Source of the DNA: Octopus bimaculoides
Lineage: Eukaryota
NCBI RefSeq assembly: GCF_001194135.2
Contig: NC_068986.1
Coordinates: 82,849,665 to 82,913,664, forward strand
Direction: 5' to 3'
DNA: 64,000 nt
In this document: piece by piece, positions 1 through 12,958 of the stretch
Layout of the letters: each line of letters starts with the position of its first letter
Numbering within the stretch: the first letter of the stretch is position 1
The notes under the pieces: model-generated
Seen by the model: only the letters and a program-made list of their open reading frames with translations
The model's database searches: none
Told to the model about the DNA's origin: nothing
Position numbers and translations under genes: made by a program

Positions 1-1000
1 ATACGCACGTATGTGTGTGTGCATGTTTATGTTTATACAAATATATGTAAATATTTGCCAGGTTAGGTTTTTGTAATTTGCCACACAAAATTGTCTGAAT
101 AGAAATATATATTGATTAATTATAGATGAACTGTTTATGACTTTCGATCCACATTTACAGAAATATGTTTTCAATTCATTACTTTTTTTTTTTTTTTCGC
201 TTTCTAAATAAAATCCTATTTACTGGAGTCTGATTAACATACACTATTAATTGCAAGCAGCATGACAACTAGGCCATGTTTCTACAATTCACAGAATCTC
301 ACCATGTGTTCTTCTGAATGACAGTCCTATTATGGCCTTGTGACACACACACACACACACACTCTCTCTATCTCTCTCCCTTTCTCTCCATGTGTGTGTA
401 CATATATGCATGTAAATATATGTGTGTGTGCATATATATGTGTGTATGTATATTAATGTACATATGTCTGTATATATGTGTGTGTATACATGTGTATATT
501 ATATATACATACATTATATATCCATGTAACACCTCATTCTCTATGCACCGCTTCTTTCTCAGACCACCACCACATCATGTCCACAGTAGATCTCAGTTAA
601 TACTCTTGAATTTATGGCTCCTTTTTACATTCTACTGCACATAAATGTATTTCCCATGACACCTAAACACCTCACCAAACCCACATACTCTCTATATTTC
701 ACTGGGGACATGACAATCACTCCTTCAGTAGTAAAAATCTTATATCAGTTACATACAGCTGACATTGTACCTCACATTTTCTACTCATTAACAATATGAA
801 AGTCATTTATCTCACAATATCAGGTGGAGGTTTTCCCTATGATTTTATAATTTACTTCAGTTGTTGCTCCTCTGCAAAACTTGTGTGTGACCCACATTCT
901 TGTATGGCTCACAAATTATGGACAGTATTTCTGCTAAACATACAAGCATTGTTGTCATCATCCAAGAGGTCATTCAGCTGAAACACCTTGGAAAATGAAT

Positions 1001-1062
1001 TATGAGCCACCATGAACTCTGAGCCTTCCACTATGAGCCACCATGAACTCTGAGCCTTCCAC
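1001..1062. repeat. Perfect 31-bp tandem duplication
   Basis: TATGAGCCACCATGAACTCTGAGCCTTCCAC twice. Confidence 0.9.
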
Positions 1063-1294
1063 ATTGTAGTTCACCTGAAAGTACCAGTCTGTAGGAGTTT
1101 AAATAGACCAAACATCAAGCATATATTCTATCTTACTGTTCTGAGAGAACAAAGATTCTTTCTCATCTACTTAAATATTTAAGAAAAAAAAACTAACCTG
1201 AAAATATTATCACAAATCTTTATGTGATCACTCGTTTTGCTAGAAACAGTAGCCAACCTCCCTCTCCAAACTACACCCTATTATTTTAGTTTTA

Positions 1295-1510
1295 CCCTTT
1301 TTAGCATTTAAAACGTTCATATCCAGCCCAAATATTTCTCTTATTTTATGTTAAAAGTAACCATATCTTGCTTCTCATGCCAACCCTACTATGTCATTGT
1401 AAACAATTACATTATAGAGGTCTTGATTCTATGAGATAATACAAGATTAATTCAAAACAATGTAAATGAATAAGCATGACCTTTGACAGAATAACTTGAA
1501 TACTAAATGG
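1295..1510. mobile_element. piggyBac-type MITE, same family, opposite orientation
   Basis: Reverse-complement similarity to 62213-62434; TTAA at 1511-1514, degenerate TTTA at 1291-1294. Confidence 0.7.
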
Positions 1511-2790
1511 TTAAATAAGTAAAGAATGTATTAGAAGCCTATGATGATGTGTCTTCTTGTTAAAGATTGATCTTAGATTTAGCAATTGCTAAGATGTATA
1601 CATGCCAAAATAAGTTTTTCTACATAAGTACTCAGCTACCAAATTTCACTCAAATCACAGCCTACCATCTTTAAAAGAGAAAGACACATTAGAGTCTTGA
1701 ATACACTCTACCTCTCTAAACTTAAAAACAAAAATATGCTTTGGTCACAGCTTGAATACATTTACTCACTAATCTACACAACATCAACAATAGACTGTGT
1801 CATATAGCAATAGTTTATGTATGAACAAGGCTCTAGTTCCTATTTCTGTAATGTCAAAGAGTCAAAGTTATGTATACTATATTACATGTGTCAACTATAT
1901 ATAAACCAGAGGTCAGAAATGACTTGAACCACAATAACAATATGGAATAGCTACTAGCTTGTTGACTCCTTCTTTTGACTCTAGATGACAACTATATTTA
2001 GACAGCTCTCTCTAATTAATTAAACTTTTGTCTTCATCGTCACCGTCATCATCATCATTTTCATTATTATTATTCAGTAAAACATTGATAGCCTGAAAAA
2101 CAGCATGTTCTCTTTAAACGTCAATGTGCACCAGTTGGTAGCTGAAAAGAACAATTACATTTTTTACTATAGAGCTGGGAGTACTGTTTGCACAATAGCA
2201 ATTAAATGTTTACACTCAGATGCACATCTTTATGACTGCACAATTGCAGTTAAATGAAGTTCCATTGTAGACTCAAAATAATTGTTGCACTGTTCCTTTT
2301 TTATAACTTTCACTTTCTCTACTTCATCTTTCACTCACGTACATACATTCATGCACGCACACACACATACACACACACACACATAAATACACATATATTT
2401 GCACATTCACATAGACACATACACACACGTATATGAAATACATGACTAAAATATTTTAATTTCATATAAGCATATTTTTTTACACTATCACCATTATTGT
2501 TGTTGTTGTTGTTGCTATTGGTGATCTTTCAAACATTCCAACCCTTTGCATTCTGAGCTCAAATATTACCAAGGTCAACTTTGCCTTTCATCCCTCCAGG
2601 GTCAGTAACATAAAGTACTTATCAGTTACTGGGGTAGATTTGACTAACCCCTCCACTCAAAATTGCTGGCCTTGTGCCCTAATTAAAAATAATTATTAAT
2701 GATGATCTTTTAAAATAACGTGGTGATGAGGTGCATAGACCAAACTAAAGAAGTTAGGTACTAATGTTGGGATTGTGTTTAAAGTTCCAA

Positions 2791-2823
<33 letters not shown>

Positions 2824-3352
2824 ACATCAACATCATTTAAAGTTCATCATCCATGTAAGCATAGGTTGGATAGTCTAACTGCATCTGACTAGTGTCTGCT
2901 TTGACATGGTTTCTATTGCTGGATGCCTTTTTAATGCCAACCACTTAAAAAAGTGTACTAGGCTCTTTTTTCATGGCACAAGTACAAGTGAGGGTGTCAT
3001 ATGTGTCACACAACAAAAAAACATAACTCAATTGTGTGGGAGTATAATAATGAAGATGGTGGCTTCGTGTCAGTTGTTGAGAAGCTTAAGTTGATAAAGG
3101 GACAAAAATAGGTGTCTTGTTATAAAGGATTATATCTGAACCCAATGGGTCATAAGACTGAACTACTGTACAATTTCTATCCCCTCCACTTTCACTCACA
3201 AGGTTTGAATTAATTCAAGACACTTACTTGAGATGGCACACAGTGAGATTGAACCCAGATCTTCATAACTGAGCTGTGAACTTTTTTATCACTCAGCCAT
3301 TCTAGCAACCACTTATATGTGCACAATGTGTGTGCACATATATACATGAATG

Positions 3353-3354
<2 letters not shown>

Positions 3355-3406
<52 letters not shown>
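3355..3406. repeat. (TG)n microsatellite
   Basis: Direct reading; a similar tract lies at 38224-38270. Confidence 0.95.
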
Positions 3407-3408
<2 letters not shown>

Positions 3409-3705
3409 GGCATATGACCTAGTGGTTAGAGTATTGTACTCATGATTGCAAGAATGTGGTTTTGATTCCCACACCAGGCAGTGCACTGTGTTCTTGAACA
3501 AAACATTTCACCTTATGTTGCTCTGCAATGACTTCAGCATTTGATGTGTGGCACACCATGGACCTCTACAGGCAAGGTCTTCTTGATGGAGGGACTGAGC
3601 TAATGTGAGCATACACATTTGATCACTATAAACAAATCATCAGTGCAGGTTGTTCAGCAAGAAGTCATGGAGCCTTCATCTGTCATATACAACAGGAAGG
3701 TCTAC
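3407..3705 (+). mobile_element. tRNA-derived SINE, second family
   Basis: Head GGCATATGACCTAGTGGTTAGAG..GGTTTTGATTCCC (A/B-box-like) directly after a (TG)n tract. Confidence 0.6.
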
Positions 3706-4229
3706 CACATGCTCTGTGTGTGTACACATACTTATATGCATGTGTATGTGTGTGCATTTAGTGGTATGTTCACATTTCATTTAAATGAGTATTGGAAGAA
3801 ATCAATAACCTTCACCCCCACAACTTTGATTATGGCAGCTGCAGGCCAGTGGAGACAGCAAGTGTAGGTTCCAGTATACTATCATACTGGACTAAAAGCC
3901 ATGGTACTGGATTATTATCTGGTATGATGTGCTATGGTTTAAATCACACACCAAGTTAGATGATATAGTGAGGTCTAGGGATCCTTTGAATCATTTTAGC
4001 AATCTCCAGCATTTTTATATATGCTCAGTTGTCTTAACTTTGTGCTAGTCTTGTATCTGCTTATTGCGGATACTAGATTGTCCTCAAATTTCATGGACAA
4101 GCTGTCACCATCATCATTATATATACACATATGTTTATGTATGTATATATATGTTTATTATGTGTGTGTACACATACTACATGTACGCATATATGTGTAC
4201 AGGTGAAATAAACATCAGACAGAAATTTC

Positions 4230-4530
4230 AGGAACTACTTGAGATATTGCAAGCTCTTCTCCTGGTGACCACAGAAGCTATCATGATGTTAGGAACCCGT
4301 CTATATTTTTAGCAAGTATCTCAAGGTCACAAGCATTTCTTCCCTTTGCTTGTGCAGTTCATCTGAGTGGTGCAGCAAGGACTGAATTAGCCTTCACCTC
4401 CAGAAGAGTTCGATTTGCAGTCTCTTGTCATCCACAACCCCCTTCATCTAGTCTCAGCTGCCATGGCTTTTTCTTTAATGGCTTTCTTGTTTGAATTCTA
4501 AACCAATCTTCTGCAGGAAATAGCACACTA
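4230..4530 (-). mobile_element. Possible HERO/R2-type non-LTR 3' end remnant
   Basis: FLQKIGL..NKKAIKEKAMAAETR*RGLWMTRD resembles the AIK..AAE.S.WLW.KR C-terminus of RLE-class LINEs; short and decayed. Confidence 0.35.
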
Positions 4531-5999
4531 GTCTTACTGGAATATTGTATATCATCATCAAGATCATCATTTCATATCTGACTTCCATATTGATGTGGAT
4601 TGAATGGTTTGACAGGGTCTGATGACTTGGAGGATCACATCATGCACCATTACCTACTTTGACACCATTTCTATAGCTGAATGCCTTTCCTAATACCAAC
4701 CATTTCATACAATGTACTGAGTGCTTTTTTTTTTTGCGGGGTGGGTGGGGGAATCAGCAATGGGGATAATTACCTTGTAACTTGCAATGTTTCTGGCCTA
4801 AATTGGCCCCTGTTACTGAAGGAGAGCAGAAGAAGCAGATAGATGATGGTGCTAGGCAGAGAAATAAAGGATGGTAAATAAGAGGAGAGAGGTTGGAGAG
4901 TATGACAGGGAACAAGAAAGAAAGAAGGGATTAGTGACAGAGTTGAGAAAAAGGAGAGATATATTTGTATATGTGTTTGTGTGTATAAATTTATCTTTAT
5001 GTATATATGGATATATATGTGTGTGTGTACGTATTTCATACCTCCTTCCATGTAACAGCAGCTCATATATCTTTGTCACACTTCTTCACACATACACATG
5101 TCTAAAACAAATCTCACACACTACTGCTCACCCCCATATGCCAATTTTTAAACACTGATACATACCTGTGCATGCATTTGCACATCCACCTCTTCCCCTG
5201 TCTAAACTCCTCCTCAACCTCACCCCCACCATAACCAAATTCCCACATGGCTCCTAACCTCTTGCCCATTTTTTTTACTCACCCACTTCTCTATCTTTCA
5301 TTTTTTTACCATGCTCTTCACTTCACATGAAGGACCAACATCCCAAATATTAGGAAACTTTACTTTTCCTTCTTTAAGTGTTAAGCTAATACAGTATTTA
5401 TTAAAAACCTGCTGCTTCAGTGTTTTTTTTTATTTTTTATTTCAATTACTTTATATATATATATATATATTTACTTACCGTCTCATGGTAGCATGGAAGA
5501 CGGATGTTAAACGATGATGATGATACATGCATACATGCATGCATCCACATGCACATATCATATATGTATATGACTATACATATGTATGTGTGTGAAGTTC
5601 CTAGCCTAGAGTAAACCACTCTTCATAGCATTTTGTTGATACAAATAAAATTACATCCACCCATCCACCCATTCACCATTATCAGTGGTTGAAATGAGTG
5701 GAGTATACAGAAGTACAGCATTCCCCCATTTTTCAGCTCATGGAGAGGGGTGTCTTAGAGTGTCTAGTCCTAATTTCCCAACCTCAGCCTCTCAGACTTT
5801 AGTACAACCACAGTTTCTAATAGATATTTCCATCATTGATCATCATTTATTGCATCCATACATAAAAATAATATTGATATATCTCACTCCTTCCCATTGA
5901 CTATTTTGAGTTATTGTATAATATTTATACTGTAAAACATTTTGTGTGACATATATACATACATGTGTGTGTGTAAGTCAGTGTTGACTGTTCAGAAAT

Positions 6000-6640
6000 C
6001 ATCTCTTACAGGCTCACAAGTGGGCTACCAGCCCTGTTCTTGATCTGCTGCAGGTGAAGTTACTTGATGCAACAGAGAAGTGACACCTCTCATACCCAAC
6101 CTAGCACAGCTGCAAAGAGGTAATGAGAGCCTCCACACGAACTGTGTCAGTGCAGTGCAGGACCTCTACATCAGAAATATGATCCTGCCATCTGATCTGA
6201 TCAAGATGGAGCACAGATGAAGTTGGACTCCCATCAAAGCCTTGATGTGCCTGTGATAGAAGGCCATACATTCTGTGACATAGAGAAGGCAAGGCAGCAC
6301 TGTACACCTTTATCTTCATGTTGCAGTGTCATGGCAACTCTGTAGACACTTCTCAAGAGAACCAAAAACCTTTGTGGCATACTGTATTCACCTCTCAAAT
6401 TCAAGATCAGGAGAGTTAGTATAAGTCATTGTGCTTCCAAGACAGGTAAAGGCCTCAGTGTACTAAGGGGTTCCCCTTGTACTGTCACTGGCTCTCTTAA
6501 TTTATTAGAACATCTTGGTGGGAGCTAGTAGAGCAACTCAATCTTTGAAGTGTTGATCTTGAGACCAAACATGAAAACCGGTCCACAATGTGTTGTATGT
6601 CCTCAATACTGCTGACCACAAGCACTGGGTTGGTGATGCC
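6000..6640 (-). mobile_element. RTE (BovB-like) LINE ORF2 C-terminal remnant
   Basis: KIKVYSAA..DQIRWQDHISDVEVLH..VEALITSLQLC matches the TKIKVY..IxWQD.I...EVL..IEA.I...QLRW motif series. Confidence 0.7.
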
Positions 6641-7929
6641 ACAAAGTCTAAGATTGTATAGGTTATCATCTCAAATGTTAATGCTTTATTGTCAGAGTTG
6701 GCAAAGGTGTGTCATCATGCATTATGTTTTATTTGTGAAATAAGGAATTTGCCACTTGTAAAATTTTCCACACTACTCCACTATTAACCACATCAACTCC
6801 AGCATACATTTTCCTCTTTTACTTGTTTCAACTCAAGAGTTTTGACCATACTAGGTCACTTGTTTTTTAAAACCAGTGCCCTAGCATAGCCACTACTCTT
6901 GAATTAAACAAGTAAAAAAGGAACTACTGTGTGTGTATTGATATTTAGCAGAAGCAGCCAAGTGACTCTAGGTCCAAGAGTTTTGAGCATTAGCACTTAT
7001 CAGTTTGATAAGTGCTAACACATGAAACCTTCAGCCCTAAAGTCACTCTTTTGCTTCTGCTCAATATTAATAAAAAATATATATATTCTGATTTTGTGAG
7101 TTTTGTTTTTCCTGTTTGCATCACCGAGTAATATATATATATATATATAAATGTATATGTGTGTATATATATATATATATTCATGTCTATCACAAGTACT
7201 GTGTGTGTGAGTGTGGGTATAGATATGTATATCACATAAGTACACTCTGTGTGTGTGTCCGTGTCCTCATCATTATTTCATATCTTTTTTTCATTGCTGG
7301 CGTGGGTTGAATGATTTAACAGGATCTGTCAAGCTGCAGGACAGTGCTGAGCACCGGTGTCAGCTTTCTGTGTACACATGTCAACATATATGTTATCATC
7401 ATCATCATTGTTTTATTGTCTACTTTATTACGTTCGTATAGTTCAATTTTCTATATCTGGGTACCCTTCCTGTCACCAATCCACCTGGGCATGCTTTACA
7501 TGGAGAGCCTAAAACAAATAACACCTAAGAACAAAATTTTGTTCTTTACAAAGATTCCACAACATGTCAAGACTTCTCACCCGCCACATGCTTTTGTGGT
7601 GAACTACAAGCAAATTATATTGTTGACAGAGTCATCATTATACAATCAACAACTACTCGCATGTACAGACAAGGGAGAACAAACAAACTCACTCACACAA
7701 GCACATACACACACATATAAATATATGTACACATACATTTACAGAGGGCTTCTTTCAGTTTCTATCTACCAAGTCCATTCACAATTAAACAGACAAGACT
7801 TGTAGTCTTTTAGATTTAGATGGTGTTTTAAATGTGAATAAAACCCCCATTTGATCTTCTATCCCAATTTTGCAAGTAATCCTGTAGTTAGTCTCATTTG
7901 CCCACTTAATTTTGATATGGAAAAGCTAA

Positions 7930-9330
7930 GTGGAAAAAATATATAATTGACCATATTATTCCTATACTTAGAAGGAAAATAGATCTCAACTTGTGATCCT
8001 ACACCTTTCAAGATATAGATACAATATTAGGGGCTAAGAAAACAATTATTGAATTCAAAGAGTACGTATTAGACTAAAGATAAAAGACTTAACTGCTTTG
8101 GTATAACCATGGAATCGAGTGACTCGGAACAAGTTACATTTTACACTGCACTAAAATGTAGTTACCAAGAATGGTGGCAGTCTTTATAGCTATGATGCTT
8201 TGTGCATTTTCTGTAAATGTAGTAATAGAGAATTAGAGAAAAATAGGAAAACAAGAAACTTCTTTGAAAACATAGGACTTTTTATTTCTTTGGAACATAA
8301 CTTTAAAGTAGCTAACTTTCTGAATGTAGCATTCAACCTAGATACAGGACTTTATTGTTCATATCACAAACCCAATGCAAAATACAATAAATGAATAAAA
8401 ACTCCAGCCATCCAGAGCAGTGATTAAATTCATAGTTAGGAAAGTTTCATCTAGATTATCTAAGCTTTCTACCAATGAAGAGATTTTATCTCAGCATATT
8501 GTAATGCTGCTTTAGTTAGGACTGGATATACTGAAAAGATATGTTATGTTCTGGAGTAAACTCACAAGAGGATTGATGTAATAATAAGCATCAAGGTAAC
8601 ATTAATTATTGTAATAATTGACATAGGAATAGGATTGCTTATAACATAGATAATGGTATAATGGATAAGGAAACATCAGTTCACATAGCAAGTAGCCAAG
8701 ATCGTTTTCCATTGAAGGAAGCAAATTATCTAAATAACTTTAGCTTTTCCTTGAAAATACTGGAACATGTCTGGAAAATTTGGAAATTAGACTTCAGTTA
8801 GGCATGAGCAAACAGACTATAAACATAGTAATAACAGGTAGTCATTGCACTGCATGTAACCTTAAGAGAACCAATTGATGTAAAACCATCCATACCAATC
8901 TAAATAATAACAAAACCACTAGAATTATGTAAAAGAAATAACACATGGTGTAATGCTGTCTATTAAATTCACGTAGTTACAGATAATCCAGGAATTTTCT
9001 TTAGGACATTGGATAAGCATTTTCCCTCCTTTATCAGATATAGTAAGATATTCAATAGACATAGTTTGAAATTTGCTTATTCCAGTACACATAATCAAGT
9101 TGATAATATTGTGGCAATGAACACTAAGAAGTTAAATATTATTTGTAATTACAAATGTACTTGTAATAATTCAGGCAGTAAATATCAATCTAGGTCAGTT
9201 ACAAATAATACATCTCCTTCCAGTATAAGTGATAACAATAATACAAAGTAATAAGATAAATAAGATCTCTTATGGTACCAAAATTAATAATATGTGTAAC
9301 TGTAGGAACTGAGAGAAATGACCTCTTATA
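7930..9330 (+). mobile_element. Decayed Penelope-like retroelement (RT C-terminal half to start of the GIY-YIG region)
   Basis: Frame-broken motifs typical of PLE RT: FGITMESSDSEQVT, LYSYDAL (degenerate YRDD), FLNVAFNLDTGLYCSYHKPN, DKHFP..RYSKIFNR..LKFAYS, and CNCRN*EK*PL (CNCR..CPL linker before GIY-YIG). Confidence 0.8.
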
Positions 9331-9456
9331 ACTAATGTCTGTACATATATATAAGTATATAACCATGTTTGCCTAGGCTCAGGCACAGATGGCATTGCAT
9401 ATGTGGCTCTTATTACATGCTGAATATGTTTTACATATTTTGACTGTACTCTTAAT

Positions 9457-9913
9457 AATACAATTCTATATTTAAGAGATGAGGAATTATGTACATTATT
9501 TACATTTGACAGATATTTGTCCTCATCTTGTTTGTTGTTAACACAACGTTTCAGCTGATATGCCCTCCAGCCTTCATCAGGTGTCTTGGAGAAATCTCGA
9601 ACCTGGGCTCTCATTCCTAAGGTATTTTTCGATGTTGTTGTTGTTGTTATTATTCAGGTCACTGCTTGGGATCGAACTTGGAATCTTGAGGTTAGTAGCC
9701 CATGCTCTTAAGTGGTTAAGAGCATGGGCTACTAACCCCAAGATTCCGAGTGCGATTCCAAGCAGTGACCTGAATAATGATAATAGTATTGAAAAATACC
9801 TTAGGAATGAGAACCCAGCTTCGAAATTTCCCCAAGGCACTTGATGAAGGCTGGAGGGTATATCAGCCAAAATGTGTTAACAACAAACAAGATGAGGACA
9901 AACGTAAATAATG
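9457..9913. mobile_element. Head-to-head inverted pair of a tRNA-headed SINE-like element with a hammerhead-bearing tail
   Basis: Arms 9457-9711 (minus) and 9716-9913 (plus) are reverse complements around a 4-nt spacer GTGG. tRNA-like anticodon arm and B-box (GTTCGATCC at 9669-9677, minus). Flanked by TGTACTCTTAAT at 9445-9456 and 9914-9925. Confidence 0.8.
9540..9585 (-). ncRNA. Minimal type I hammerhead ribozyme motif (Penelope-type)
   Basis: Minus strand reads GACAC-CTGATGA-A-GGCTG-gagggcatat-CAGCT-GAAA-CG-TT-GTGTT: stem I GACAC/GTGTT, core CUGAUGA...GAAA, 5-bp stem II, palindromic ACGU mini-stem III. One extra A after A9, and U at the cleavage position. Confidence 0.6.
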
Positions 9914-9994
9914 TGTACTCTTAATGCCTAGTAGCTGTTGTCTTCTGATTATGTGTGTTTTTTTCTGCTTTTATGAATCTCATCTTCTCAATAC

Positions 9995-10620
9995 TGCTAC
10001 TGAGGCAGTTATTTATCCAATTGCCCCAATAACTATTGGTAGAAATTTAAAGTTATGATCCAGGTGGGGTGACTTCATATTTCAGTTTAGCATAGATGTT
10101 CTCTTTTTCACTAACCTTTAACATTGTGTTGACATCTGATATGCAGCTGATTTCAACAACTTTAGAAAGTTTCTTTTCTTTGTCCCTGATCATTGTCTGG
10201 TCTGTTGTGCTTACATTTTATTAAAGTTTTGACATGAATAATCCACCAATATTCTTTAATGTTAAATGTGGTTATGCTCTCCCCATCCCTGTAGCTTTAT
10301 TATATTTGTCTCTTCAGGATTATCCTTTCTACTGACTTCATTTCATAGTGTTCCAGCCACACCACATCTCATAGTTAGGTAATATTGTGAGGACATTTTA
10401 TAATGTGAGTGACAACTTCAATGTTAATTCCACAAAGCTTGCACCAGTTGTCCCAATTACATCCGTTTTTGAAGAATAAAATTAATTATGAAAAAATCAA
10501 AAGAAAGAGTCTGTAGCTTCATTTTTTAACCATTTCCCCCTCAACTTATATGATGACAGCAGTTTTGAAGGTGCTCTTTCAGTGAGTGACACTCAAGAAT
10601 TAGTTGAGATTATAGCAAAA
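9995..10620 (-). mobile_element. Dong/R4-clade non-LTR retrotransposon remnant (CCHC + restriction-like endonuclease)
   Basis: Minus-strand translation: CKLCGINIEVVTHII, then EYWWIIHVKTLIKCKHNRPD / MIRDKEKKLSKVVEISCISDVN..KVSEKENIYAKL..FKFLPIVIGAIG, matching the PD-(D/E)xK RLE of R4/Dong. Confidence 0.8.
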
Positions 10621-11199
10621 TTTCAGTTATATTTCTTCTCTAAGTGATTATACTTGAGTAAAGAACCATACTCTTTATATATATTCATGTTGTGGTTTCG
10701 TTTCTTTGATTTTTTTTTTTTTTTTTTGTCTTACAAAATGTAAATTGAGATGTCTATTATTTCTGCCTCATCTGTATTTCTGCTGTAACTCCACCTCTAT
10801 CATCACCTATACACACACACACAACATTGTGGTTGTTCTATTACATCATTTCTCAACTCTTACTGTAATTGGTGGAACATTACTGCTAAGAGAAAACCAG
10901 GCTTAATATACTATGTTTATTTTGATTTTTTTATTGTTAATTAAATGCTAATTAGGGTTAATTAAAACCTATTTATTCTGTCTGCCTAATGGTTTCTTTC
11001 AGTTCACTGGAAAAAAACAAAAAGGAACTTTATACCAAAGCTAAATGAAACAATTTTCTATTATAAACAATCATTAATTCTTGGTTGGAGGAGAGAATAA
11101 TTCTTACCTTATTCTAACCTCATTTAGTGATTTTACCAGGAAGGAGTAGACCTGTACACTACCAATAAAGGGAATACAGAAAGAATAAAAATAATAATA

Positions 11200-12630
11200 A
11201 AAATAGACATTTAATGAAATTTTTTGTGGACTCTTTCTACTGGACCAATTCTGCCTTAATAATGGCATTACTCCAGAGCACTTAAAAATTACCATCATTA
11301 TTCCTCTATTCAAAAAGGGCAACCACATGTTTCCTATCAATTATTGACCAGTGAGTCTCACTGTGTTGCCAATTTGGGGAAGTTCTGTGTCAGAGAGACA
11401 CTCTGGAACTTCTGGAACTTTCATAACCTTATATGACCCTCACAGTTTGGATTTATATCTAACTCCAGCTGCTGTGGCCAACTCATCACACTTTTTGGAA
11501 ACATTACCCAAATTACTGATAGCAGCTCAAGTGATGTATGGTGAAGTTTTGTGCAATGTATATGAGTTAATCTTTATAAATGGTTGATGTCCTTCATTCT
11601 TGATCAAAAAAGGTAGTCATTGTACTAGGACAAATTCTTCACACTGTAATAACATTTGGATCCCTGCATTGTTGGTCTCCTGTTGTTTGTTGCATATATA
11701 TTAATGAAATACATTCCAGCTTGAAACGTTACAGTTTTTAGTTATGTTGACAACATTTAAATGTACTTTTACATCAAAAGAATGACTCCTATATATTATA
11801 GATCTTTTCTGCAATCTAACCTAAACACAGTGCAGCAATGGATTACTGACTGGTAACTCAAGGTGGCTGTAGACAAGTGCACCATTATACATTTTAGGAG
11901 GAAAAATCTAGAATTTACCTACTCTTGCCACAACACTAACCTTATGTGTGCTGGTGAACAACTTCAATGATGTGTATGCAATGAACGACATATCTAAAAT
12001 CTTCAAGAAGACTGAAGGTTTCTTAGCATCACTAAGATCTTTTCCAGCTGCTCACCAACTATCTATTTAAAACTATACATGGTTATGGTACATCCACACA
12101 GTTTACATCTCCAATCTGTAACCTCCATCATGTCCAAAATACTAATCTACTGGAAGATGTCCAGAGTGCAATCAAATAAATACCATCCTTCAGTCATTTA
12201 CCATATCTTGAACATGATGTTTCTCTGAGTATTGACACACTAAAGCTACATCTGGCGTCTGACTTGGTAGAAGCCCACAAGATTATCCACCATCTTTCTA
12301 ACCATTTTCAAATTCAGTATCTCTACCACCTTTGGACATGTTTATAAAACTGAAAAACAGCAGAGCACATATGACTTTCAGAAAAATCTTTACATGCCCG
12401 AAATTCAAAACATAGAACAAAACATGTAAGGTGTTAGCTTTCAGGACACTGTATCTTTCAAAAATTCTATGCTTCCCCAAATTTGCCACACTACTCTTAA
12501 CATGCCTGTTCACCCTTTCTTTATTATGGTGCTTTTACTACACTCTGTCTCCACTTCTACTCTTTCCCAATGAGTTGTGCTGCACCTGAGCACTGTGTAC
12601 AACAAGCTCATAATTATTAATCATTATTAT
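11200..12630 (+). mobile_element. CR1/L2-type LINE reverse transcriptase remnant with 3' tail
   Basis: IPLFKKGN..PINY*PVSLT, LLFVAYINEIHSSL, VDKCTIIHF; ends GTGCTGCACCTGAGCACTGT..(ATT)n. Confidence 0.75.
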
Positions 12631-12773
12631 TTTATTGAGGAAGAATTATGATTTCAGAGGACCTTCCTATGCAGTTTACATTATCATTGGCCCCAGTGGG
12701 GCAACTCTTTATGTCTTGCTATATAACTGCTCACTTCTCCTCCTCTAAAAAATAAGTTATACACCTTTCAGTT

Positions 12774-12776
<3 letters not shown>

Positions 12777-12827
<51 letters not shown>

Positions 12828-12884
12828 NNNNNNNNNNNNNNNNNNNNNNNNNNNNNNNNNNNNNNNNNNNNNNNNNNNNNNNNN

Positions 12885-12920
<36 letters not shown>

Positions 12921-12958
12921 CTCTCTCTCTCTCTTTTTCTCTCTCTCTCTCTCTCTCT
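12777..12958. repeat. (CT)n microsatellite spanning a gap
   Basis: Direct reading; similar tracts at 26969-27156 and 40550-40656. Confidence 0.95.

Noticed and set aside
318-644. ORF-track ORFs rich in THTH/CVCV/YIYI/ERER/SLSL (also 2254, 3210, 12731, 13542, 26934, 40469 and others)
   Set aside because: They are translations of (CA)n, (TA)n and (GA)n microsatellites, often with non-ATG starts or N-gaps; no coding signal.
660-990. Possible Penelope GIY-YIG tail and a CAGCTGAAAC hammerhead half-site
   Set aside because: No CUGAnGA partner, and the protein similarity is too weak.
9716-9775. tRNA-like sequences (also heads at 3407, 14781, 51635)
   Set aside because: No complete acceptor stem or cloverleaf; they continue into SINE bodies, so they are not tRNA genes.
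9835-9880. Second hammerhead in the right arm of the fold-back
   Set aside because: Core is mutated (TTGATGA, AAAA for GAAA, CGT deleted); not expected to cleave.
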